Shown here in pieces: positions 8,885 through 16,759 of a stretch of 64,000 nt of DNA. Below the pieces are notes generated by a model that ran no database searches, had not been told where the DNA came from, and saw nothing but the letters and a program-made list of their open reading frames with translations. The stretch is from Planctomycetota bacterium (GTDB lineage: Bacteria > Planctomycetota > B15-G4). The first letter of the stretch is position 1, and every line of letters starts with the position of its first letter. Both the position numbers and the translations under genes were made by a program. The stretch lies in assembly GCA_038212275.1 (NCBI GenBank), contig JBBQUR010000005.1, forward strand, positions 96,001 to 160,000, written 5' to 3'.

Positions 8885-11800
8885 TCAGGGATCGCCCGCG
8901 AAGCGCCACGCCGGCATGTTGTCGCGAGCAGGCATCGCATCGTGCGTCGGCATCGCGTCGCGCGGCGGGATCGCGTCGTGCGTCGGTATCGCGTCACGCG
9001 TCGGCATCGCATCGCGAGCCGCCGGCGACGTGTCGCTGGACTCCAGCGCCGCGCGGATGAGCTTCACGGGCATGGAGTTCTGCGCGAGGACCGCGTCGTG
9101 GAACTCGCGCTCCGTCCAGCGCGCACCGGTCGCGGGGTTCGTGCGGCCGGGTCGCGCTGCCGCAGCGTCGCCAGCGTCGCCCAGGTCACCGCGCTCCGCC
9201 GTGCTGCCGACCAGCTCGTCGTGCAGCGCGCGGAGCTGCAGGCCTCCGATCATGTAGGCGCACTGGTAGAGCGGGCCGTAGTTGCCGCCGATGTAGCGGC
9301 GCACCTCGCTCGTCGCGCCGGCCTTCTCGTGGCCCACGCGGTCCACGAGGAAGTCGATCATCTCCTGCGGCTGCATCTCGCCGAGATGGAACTTCAGCGA
9401 AACGATGATGCGCGCGGCTCGGTGCATGCGCCAGAAGAGCATGCCGATGCGGTCTTCGGGGCTCTGCGGCCAGCCCAGTTCCCAGAAGCGCATTTCCCAG
9501 TACAGCGCCCAGCCTTCGACGAGGAAGGGCGTGGAGAACATGCCGCGCTGCGTGTTGCTGCGCGCCGCAACGAAACCCTGCAGGTGGTGGCCCGGAATGA
9601 GTTCGTGCGGCACGACGATCCGCGAGAAGTGCACGTTGTTGCCGCGCATCGTCATGAGCTTCGTCTCGGTGTCCATGTCGCGCGTCGGGTAGGCGACGAG
9701 CACATCCTGCCCGCCGTATGCGGCGTAGGGCAGCGTGCGTTGGGTGTCCGCGTCGATCATGCGCACGCGCCAGGTCTCGCGGCACAGGTCGGGGATGGTG
9801 ATGAGGTCATTGCCGTCGAGGAAGGCGATGGCTTCCTTTGCCTGCTCCGTGACGAGCCTGTCCTGCTCGCCGGGCGGGACGTGATCGGCCTTCACGACGG
9901 CGAGCGCGGCCTTCCAGTCCTCGCCGAAACCCATCTCGGCGGAGGCGAGCTTCAGCTGGGTCTCGCACCACGCGAACTCGCGCTCGCCGATCGCGAGCAG
10001 TTCCTCGGGCGAGTAGTCGATCATCTCGGCGGCGAGGTCGTCCACGAGCGCGTCGCGCCCGATCGGGTCGCCGACGAGCGGATCCTCGTCTTTGCCGTGC
10101 AGGCCGGCGATGTCCTCGCGCAGCAGCCTGGCGTAGTCGTTCAGCGCGGCGATCGTCGCGTCGTACGGCTTGCGCGTCCACCACGAGAACCCCGGCGAGA
10201 ACTCGTCGTAGTGCGCGAACCAGGTGTCGAGTGCGCGCCGCAGCCCGTTCAGCTCGCGCGCCGCCCGCTGCGCGATCACGGGAGTGGTGGTGAGCGGGGC
10301 GTCGGCGGCGGGCTTCGACTCCAACTGGACATCGTCCGCAGGAGGCTGCGGCATGGCCGGCGGCGGAGTCGGCGTCGCATTGCCGGCGGTCGCGGAAGGC
10401 AGCAAGGTTCGTGCGACGAATGGCCGTCCCAGGGCTGCCGCCATGGCCTCGGCAAGCTGCTGGTATCGCCACGGTGCCTCGAGCGCGAAGGCGGTCGCGG
10501 CCGTCGTGCCGACGCGGCCAAGCATCCGGCCATCGGCGTCGTCTCGCGGATCCCATGAGCCGCGCGCTCCGTCGTCCATTCGCTGCAATCGCGTGGCGGT
10601 GTCGACGAGCGAATGCCACCAATCGGTCTGCCCGACATCGCCCGCCTGCCGGAGCGCGTGCGCGCCGAAGAACCACGTGACCGGGTCGTTCAGGTCCCGC
10701 GGATTGCCGTCGCCGGGCCTCGAGGCGAGCAGCGCAGCCAGCGCCTGATCGTTGAGGCCACGGCTTCCGAGGCGGAACTCTCCGGGGTCGCTGAGCTGGC
10801 GGGCCAGCAACGCGGCCGCGACGCGCAGCACCTCGGGTGAGTCGCTCGGAGGCGACGCGCCATCGCCCGGTGCGGCTCCCGGTCGCTCTGCACGACCCGC
10901 CGCCGGCGTGACGGCAATCATCGCGTCGAGCGAAGACAGCGCCTCCTCGATGGCCGTATCGTCGGGCGCATCGGGCATCCTCATGTCGCGCGCCACGGCC
11001 GCGGTCATCAGCGCGAGGCATGTGAGGGAGGCGTCGCCGATCAGGTCGGCGCCGCCGGCCTCAGTCATCGCATCGTGCCAGCCCGCGCCCGGTGTCCGCA
11101 GCGTGGAGAGATGCCGCAGCGCTCGTTCCGTCGGGGCCTTGAAGAGGCGATTCCTCGTCATCAAGAAGGTCTCGCTGAGCGCCATGGTCGCGACGATGTG
11201 ATCCAAGGTGGGCACGGGCTGCTGCGGCCCCGCAAAGCTCCCATCGGCCGACTGCCGCGCGATGAGGTAGCGCAACCCTCGCGCAACACTTGCGTGATGC
11301 AGACCTATCTTGTCCGTGTTGTCGTCGCCGAGCATGGCCAGCAGTGCGAGCGCCGTGATGCCCACGTCGTGCTGCGGGTCGGCCATGCCTCCGCACGGCG
11401 GTCCGCCATGCGCGACGCACTGGGCGTCGAGTGTGAGGCCAGACCACGAGCCATCGGCCGCCTGATGCCGGGCGAGCCAAGTGAGCGCTGAGGTGATGGC
11501 CTGTCCGTGAGGAGCGGCGCGTGCCTTGTCGCAAGCGTGTCCGCGTCCCCAGAACAGCTTGTCGCGCAGCCGTGGCGGCGTTTCCGTGCGCGTCGGCTCC
11601 GGCATCGTGACGTCGTGCACGGATGAAGTCGGAGCGGCCTGCGTCGCTGAGGGTACGGCCACCGGATACGGCGGCTCCGCATCAGGCGCGTTGAGGTGCC
11701 AGCCGAGGAGCGAGTCGTAGCGGAAGAACACCTCGCAGGTCAGCGCGTCGAGCGCGGTCGTGCACGCGCGGCCGGCTTCGGAGCACCACGCATCGGCCTC

Positions 11801-13399
11801 GGGATCCCAGGAGCCGGCCAGCTCGCCATCGTGCTGCTGATGTGCCAGCACGTTCTCCTGCATCGATGTCTCCCACGCCCGCCACGCGGCGCCTGCATCG
11901 GCGTCGCGAAGTTCGTTCGCGAACCAGAGTGCGGTCGAGCCGAAGAACCAGTCGTGAGCGGCGCAGCGTCCGGAACCTGCAGTGGCCGCGGCCGGCGGCT
12001 GCTCGGCGATGAACGTGACTTGCTTGTGGATGAGGCTCAAGATGCTCGGCCTGCCAAGAGTGGTGTGGTCGAGCAGTCGGGCCAGCAGGCTGATGGAGGT
12101 CATGAGTCGTGCGCTGTCGCCCGGCGAGGCCGGCGCGGCCTGATCCTGCGGGTGAAGCTCGAAAGTCCGGTCGCTCGTGATGCCGCTCGCCTCATCGGTG
12201 AGTTCATCGAGGCGTGCCAGCGCGTCCTTCAAGGCCGTGTCATCGACGGCGAGCGTGGAGTCATGCGCCAGGCCGAGAGCGAGCACGGCCCAGCCCGTGA
12301 TCCAGAGATCCTCGTCCTGAAGCGGTGCTGCCGGATGCGCTTCGGCTGCGGCGCGCCAGAGTGTCCCGGGCCCGCGCATCGCCACGAGGTGGCGCAGCGC
12401 GCGCTCGGCGGGCAGACGCAACACCTTGTCGTGCGTGAGCGCCCAGCCATCGACGAGCGCAAGCGTCGCCACGGCATTCCCGTAGTGCGATGCACGTGCC
12501 GGGCCTTCGGCAAAACTGCCATCGGCCTGCTGCGCCCCGATGAGGGCGCGCAATCCTCGCAGCACGTTCGACGTCGCCGGAGCGCGTTGCCCCGGCACGC
12601 TGCCAGTGCCCATGAGTGCGAGCAGCGGCAACGCAGTTGCTGTCACGTCGAACGAGGTGCCTGTCGCGCTCTCGCCCGCCGGCCACGTGCCGTCCTCATG
12701 CTGGTTCGACTGGAACCACCAGACCAGATCCGAATGAACGTGCCACGGTGTGTCGGCATGGTTCTGGCTGGGTTTCGGAAGCGGTGGCAGTGGTTCCCAG
12801 GCCATGGCAGGCGCGGCTGTCGGAGCCTCTGCCGCCTTGGCGCCCTTGCCCTTCTCCACGCGCTCCTTGATGGCCTTGACCTGCTTGGCCAGCGCGTCGA
12901 GTTGCGTGGCGGCTGCTTCCGGGTCGACGGGGGCGAGGTGCCAGCGCGCTTCTTCCAGCGCGGCGATCTCGTCGGCGAAGGGAAGCAGCGGCGACGTCTC
13001 GGTGAGCTTGACGCGCGTCGCGGCGCGGTGGTTGTCGGCGGAGCGGATCTCGTTGCGCAGCAGCAGCCAGTCGATGCGGCCGTCGGCGTCGAGCGCGTCC
13101 ACGTCGAGCGCCTCGAGGCGCGCGAGCCACGCGGCGTCGAGCGCATCCTCGCGGGCCAGCCGCGCCGGCGAGCGATCGATGGTGTAGAAGTCGCGCACAG
13201 ACGCGCTGTCCGACGCGAACTCCGCGATGAGCGCACGCATGTCGGGCGCGGCCGCTCCCGCCGCGCCGGCACGAGCGACGGCGGCGGCCGGCGCGGGTCG
13301 AGCGGGCGGCGGAGCGTCGGCCGCGCCGCCGGCGAGGCACGCGCCCGCCCCGAGCAATCCGGCCAGTGCGAGGACGGGCAACAGCGAGCGCATCGGCAT
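8885..13399 (-). CDS. DUF885-family putative metallopeptidase with two inserted prenyltransferase/squalene-cyclase-like barrels; exported, possibly a lipoprotein
   Basis: DUF885 motifs IDWLLLRN, WFAHYDEFSPGFSWW, GDPIGR, HELIPGHHLQ, VEGWALYWE, YQCAYMIG. The central ~840 aa carries QxxDGSW/F repeats and two GSWDP...GRxxTTA...RY ends. Confidence 0.85.
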   Translation of the reverse strand: MPMRSLLPVLALAGLLGAGACLAGGAADAPPPARPAPAAAVARAGAAGAAAPDMRALIAEFASDSASVRDFYTIDRSPARLAREDALDAAWLARLEALDVDALDADGRIDWLLLRNEIRSADNHRAATRVKLTETSPLLPFADEIAALEEARWHLAPVDPEAAATQLDALAKQVKAIKERVEKGKGAKAAEAPTAAPAMAWEPLPPLPKPSQNHADTPWHVHSDLVWWFQSNQHEDGTWPAGESATGTSFDVTATALPLLALMGTGSVPGQRAPATSNVLRGLRALIGAQQADGSFAEGPARASHYGNAVATLALVDGWALTHDKVLRLPAERALRHLVAMRGPGTLWRAAAEAHPAAPLQDEDLWITGWAVLALGLAHDSTLAVDDTALKDALARLDELTDEASGITSDRTFELHPQDQAAPASPGDSARLMTSISLLARLLDHTTLGRPSILSLIHKQVTFIAEQPPAAATAGSGRCAAHDWFFGSTALWFANELRDADAGAAWRAWETSMQENVLAHQQHDGELAGSWDPEADAWCSEAGRACTTALDALTCEVFFRYDSLLGWHLNAPDAEPPYPVAVPSATQAAPTSSVHDVTMPEPTRTETPPRLRDKLFWGRGHACDKARAAPHGQAITSALTWLARHQAADGSWSGLTLDAQCVAHGGPPCGGMADPQHDVGITALALLAMLGDDNTDKIGLHHASVARGLRYLIARQSADGSFAGPQQPVPTLDHIVATMALSETFLMTRNRLFKAPTERALRHLSTLRTPGAGWHDAMTEAGGADLIGDASLTCLALMTAAVARDMRMPDAPDDTAIEEALSSLDAMIAVTPAAGRAERPGAAPGDGASPPSDSPEVLRVAAALLARQLSDPGEFRLGSRGLNDQALAALLASRPGDGNPRDLNDPVTWFFGAHALRQAGDVGQTDWWHSLVDTATRLQRMDDGARGSWDPRDDADGRMLGRVGTTAATAFALEAPWRYQQLAEAMAAALGRPFVARTLLPSATAGNATPTPPPAMPQPPADDVQLESKPAADAPLTTTPVIAQRAARELNGLRRALDTWFAHYDEFSPGFSWWTRKPYDATIAALNDYARLLREDIAGLHGKDEDPLVGDPIGRDALVDDLAAEMIDYSPEELLAIGEREFAWCETQLKLASAEMGFGEDWKAALAVVKADHVPPGEQDRLVTEQAKEAIAFLDGNDLITIPDLCRETWRVRMIDADTQRTLPYAAYGGQDVLVAYPTRDMDTETKLMTMRGNNVHFSRIVVPHELIPGHHLQGFVAARSNTQRGMFSTPFLVEGWALYWEMRFWELGWPQSPEDRIGMLFWRMHRAARIIVSLKFHLGEMQPQEMIDFLVDRVGHEKAGATSEVRRYIGGNYGPLYQCAYMIGGLQLRALHDELVGSTAERGDLGDAGDAAAARPGRTNPATGARWTEREFHDAVLAQNSMPVKLIRAALESSDTSPAARDAMPTRDAIPTHDAIPPRDAMPTHDAMPARDNMPAWRFAGDP

Positions 13400-13421
13400 C
13401 TCTCCGGGTGACTTGCCGCGG

Positions 13422-14798
13422 TCAGCGCGCCGGCGACGATCTTCCCAGCGCGGTGTCCACCGTGTGCTTGATCGTGCGCTGCGGGATGCCGGGGACGCCG
13501 CCGCGATGGCCGACGCCGTCCTTCATCACGTCGAGCATGGCGCCGGCGTCCAGCAGCTCGGGCTTGGAGATCACGTCACCACGGCAGAGCAGCAGGTCCG
13601 CGCGCTGGCCCGGCAGCAGCGTGCCGGCGTCGGTCTGGCCGATCTCTTCGGCGGCGAGGCCGGTGCCCGCGTGCCACGCGGCGAGCGCGGAGAGGCCGTC
13701 GTTCATGAGGTGCACCAGCTCCATGTAGTTGCGGCCGTGCATGCCGGGCAGCACGGGGTCCGTGCCGGCGAGGATCTTCAGGCCGGCGCTCGCGGCGTGC
13801 TGCACGGCGCGCGAGTGCGTCTCGTTCGCCCGGTGCACCTTTTCCATCACGAAGGGAGAGAGGCCGGCGGCTTTCGGCAGCTCCGCCATGACCCACGATG
13901 TCGGAGTGACCGTGCACCCGCGCTTGTGCGCTTTCTCCGCGAGCTTCTCGTCCATGAAGGAGATGTGCTGGATGTCGGAGACGCCGTGCTTGATGGCCAG
14001 CGCGATGCCGCTGGCGCTGTGCGCGTGCGCCGCGACGCGCAGGCCGCGCGCTCCCGCTTCGTCGCAGATGGCGGCGATTTCCTTGCCGGTGAAGTCGCGA
14101 TGCTCGAGGGCGTCACCGGGTGAGGCGATGCCCGGGCTGGCGCAGATCTTGATGAGGTCCGCGCCGCAGGCCGCGATCTCGCGCACGCGCTTGCGGGCCT
14201 CCCACGGCCCGTCGACGATGCTGCTCGGGCGGCCCGGCGCTTCGGGCCACAGGCGCGAGAGCTCGCCGTGGCAGCGATCGGGGCCGCGGAAGTCCGCGTG
14301 GCCGCCGGTGGTGGAGAGCATGCAGATCGCGATCTTGAGCCGCGGGCCGAGCATGATGCCTTCGTCGACGAGGCGCTTCATGAGCTGCGTGGCGCCGCCG
14401 ATGTCGCGCATCGTCGTGACGCCGCCGTCCACGAGCGTGGCGTGCAGGATCTTCTCCACGTAGACCAGCGCGCCGCCGCCGAGCATCGTGTCCATCGCAG
14501 CCTTGGCGAGGCCGAGCACCGTGATGTGCCCGTGGCAGTCGATGAGCCCCGGGGTCACCGTGAGGCCTGTGCAGTCCACGAGCCTGTCACCGCCGGCGAG
14601 CTCGGTCGCGCCGGCGATGTCGGTCGCGCCGGCTGTCGCGCCGCGCCGCGCGAGGCCCTTCGCAAGCAGCCTGGCGTCATGTGGCTTGATGGCATGAATG
14701 CGCGCGCCGTCGAGATGCAGATCCACGTGGGCGTGCATGGCGCTCTTCGTCGCGGAGGTGCCGTCGTAGAGGCGTTCGATGTTCGCAAGGATCAGCAT
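13422..14798 (-). CDS. Metal-dependent amidohydrolase (prolidase-like subgroup)
   Basis: PGLIDCHGH, GVTTMRDIGG, GADLIKI, VAAHAH, IQH, AGTD, PGQRADLL. Confidence 0.9.
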   Translation of the reverse strand: MLILANIERLYDGTSATKSAMHAHVDLHLDGARIHAIKPHDARLLAKGLARRGATAGATDIAGATELAGGDRLVDCTGLTVTPGLIDCHGHITVLGLAKAAMDTMLGGGALVYVEKILHATLVDGGVTTMRDIGGATQLMKRLVDEGIMLGPRLKIAICMLSTTGGHADFRGPDRCHGELSRLWPEAPGRPSSIVDGPWEARKRVREIAACGADLIKICASPGIASPGDALEHRDFTGKEIAAICDEAGARGLRVAAHAHSASGIALAIKHGVSDIQHISFMDEKLAEKAHKRGCTVTPTSWVMAELPKAAGLSPFVMEKVHRANETHSRAVQHAASAGLKILAGTDPVLPGMHGRNYMELVHLMNDGLSALAAWHAGTGLAAEEIGQTDAGTLLPGQRADLLLCRGDVISKPELLDAGAMLDVMKDGVGHRGGVPGIPQRTIKHTVDTALGRSSPAR

Positions 14799-14806
14799 CG
14801 GGACTC

Positions 14807-15136
14807 TCAGCCGGGGAACTTCGGATGCGGGGCCATGAAGACGAGCAGCGTGGCGGGTGCCTGCGAGTCGTTGTGCGCGGCGTGGTCCACGCCGGCGGGC
14901 GCGATCGCGACCTCGCCGGGCCCCAGCGTGCGGCTTTCGGCGCCGATCTCGATGCGGCAGCGGCCGGTGAGCACGCTGTAGACCTTGTCGCTGCCGGCAT
15001 GGGCATGGCTGGCCTGGGACTGGCCCGGGAGCAGCCCGTACACGTCGCAGAACATGCGTGGCGACTCGAAGAGGTTGACCTTGGACAGCTTGTCCGGCCG
15101 GAAGGTCGCGGCCTGGGCGGTGTCGTGAAACGTCAT
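14807..15136 (-). CDS. Cupin domain protein
   Basis: HAHAGSDKVYSVLTG...APAGVDHAAHN cupin motifs; GGAG RBS. Confidence 0.88.
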   Translation of the reverse strand: MTFHDTAQAATFRPDKLSKVNLFESPRMFCDVYGLLPGQSQASHAHAGSDKVYSVLTGRCRIEIGAESRTLGPGEVAIAPAGVDHAAHNDSQAPATLLVFMAPHPKFPG

Positions 15137-15313
15137 GGCGGACTCCGGCGCGGCGCGCTCCCCGCGCTCCCCGCGCGCTCCGGGCGCTCCGGGCGCGCGA
15201 TCTGCGGCTCGCGCCGAGGATAGCCGAGAGCCACGCCGGGCGCGAAGTCAGCCCGGACGCTGCGCAGGGACTCGGGGGCGGGCACCGGTGTTGTCGAGTG
15301 GCCGACCGGCGCG

Positions 15314-15352
15314 CTCGTGTGATGTTGAGGCAGTGCCTCTACATCACACGAG
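15314..15352. promoter_or_regulatory. 39-bp near-perfect palindrome in the divergent intergenic region
   Basis: CTCGTGTGATGT-T-GAGGCA-G-TGCCTC-T-ACATCACACGAG, with a single T/T mismatch. Function is inferred only. Confidence 0.55.
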
Positions 15353-15419
15353 TCGGCCAGCCGGCTCCGCAGGCGAGAGTCCGCGTCGTGGTGCCGCCGT
15401 CCCGCGCCGAGGCTTCCGT

Positions 15420-15480
15420 GCCGTGGCCTCGTGCCGTGGCCTCGCGCCGTGGCCTCGCGCCGTGGCCTCGTGCCGTGGCC
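15420..15480. repeat. 13-bp tandem repeat (GCCGTGGCCTCGY) x4.7 directly upstream of the cyaY -10 box
   Basis: Read directly from the sequence. Confidence 0.88.
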
Positions 15481-15506
15481 GCCGTGCTGTGGCTATCATG
15501 CGCGGC

Positions 15507-15824
15507 ATGGGCAGCGCCGACATGAGCCGTGAGATCGAGAAGACCCTGGATGCCGTTCAGCGGAGCGTGGACGGCCTCGGCCTCGACGACCTCGAGATCG
15601 ACAGCGGCCCGGGCCGGCTGGACATCACCTGCCTCGACGGCAAGCGCGTCATCCTGAGCCGACAATCGGCCACGAACCAGATCTGGCTGGCCGAGCCCGG
15701 CGGCGGCTGGCACTTCGATGCGCGCGACGGCCGCTGGATCTGCGACAAGCGCGGCGTGGAACTGCTGGCGACGCTGGAGTCGCTCCTCACCGCGCACTGC
15801 GGGCAGCCGATCAGCCTCCGCTGA
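15507..15824 (+). CDS. cyaY: Frataxin/CyaY family iron-binding protein
   Basis: VILSRQSATNQIWLAEPGGGWHF...W motif; acidic N-terminal helix. Start chosen because TATCAT lies 7 nt upstream. Confidence 0.85.
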   Translation: MGSADMSREIEKTLDAVQRSVDGLGLDDLEIDSGPGRLDITCLDGKRVILSRQSATNQIWLAEPGGGWHFDARDGRWICDKRGVELLATLESLLTAHCGQPISLR

Positions 15825-15861
15825 GCCCCGCGGGTTCGCGCCTCGGGCGGCCTCTGCGGGC

Positions 15862-16506
15862 TCAGCGCATCGGCAGCTCGGCGCAGACTTTGGCGATCAT
15901 CTCCTTGGCGTTCGCCACCTGCGACTCCGACATCGCGCGGCCCGCGACGCCGCCCACGACGGCGCCCGCGATGGCGCCGACGCTGGCGTTGTCGCCCATG
16001 TTGTGGCCGAGCACGGCGCCGGCCGCGGTGCCGAGGATCGCGCCGGTGATCATGGAGGTGTTGCTGTTCACGTTGCCTTCGCCGTTGCCGATCCAGATGA
16101 GCTCGCCGGTCTCGACGTCGAACATCTTGGCCGTGAGCGCAAGGTCATCGCCGACGGTCTGCACGTTGACCACGGTCAGCGCCTGCACGTTGAGGATGTG
16201 CCCGAGCTTCTCGCGGTCTTCCTGGCTGGTGAAGTTCTGGTTCTGGAAGTCCAGCTCGTCGATGGCCTTCTGGATGTTGCCGCGCTCGATCACGTTCCAG
16301 CCCTTCTTGAAGAACTCGTACTGGAAGGTGTCCACGAGCGCCTGCCGGATCTCGGGCTTGAAGGTCGGGTTGTTGCCGTCGACCACGGCCATGCGCTGCA
16401 CGCGGCTGATGTCGTAGGTCTTGCTGAACGTGCTCTCGGCGGTGGTGGAGGAGCAGCCGGTCAGCGCGAGGGCTGCGGCCAGCACGACGAGGAGGGCGGA
16501 CTTCAT
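15862..16506 (-). CDS. Lipoprotein with a CsgG/TolB-N-like domain and glycine zipper
   Basis: Lipobox LTGC; VIERGNIQKAIDEL...LGHILNVQAL...AKMFDVETGELIW; GAILGTAAGAVLG zipper. Confidence 0.8.
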   Translation of the reverse strand: MKSALLVVLAAALALTGCSSTTAESTFSKTYDISRVQRMAVVDGNNPTFKPEIRQALVDTFQYEFFKKGWNVIERGNIQKAIDELDFQNQNFTSQEDREKLGHILNVQALTVVNVQTVGDDLALTAKMFDVETGELIWIGNGEGNVNSNTSMITGAILGTAAGAVLGHNMGDNASVGAIAGAVVGGVAGRAMSESQVANAKEMIAKVCAELPMR

Positions 16507-16759
16507 GGCGGGTGACTCCGGCTTGGCTTGGCGCGATCGCTGCGGACGCGTGGTGAGCGACGTGCACAGATGGTGCGTGAATCACGCCGAGGGAGCAAGC
16601 TGCTGCCCTCGCCCGACGGAGCGTTCCGGCCAGCCGACATGACCGTGCCATGGCTGCTCCGGGCCGGCTCTGGCACCATGTCCGCGACTCTGGCGCGGCC
16701 GCCGCGGGCACCATCCGACAGTCGGAGTCTCCACCTTTCCGCTCTCTCCGGAGGTGTGC

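Noticed and set aside
10290..12830. DUF885 insertion as an intein or mobile element
   Set aside because: No intein terminal residues (C/S...HN), no homing endonuclease or transposase motifs, and no terminal repeats seen; it is flanked by Pro/Ala linkers.
15318..15348. Canonical CRP/FNR site (TGTGA...TCACA)
   Set aside because: The half-sites are 21 nt apart rather than 6.
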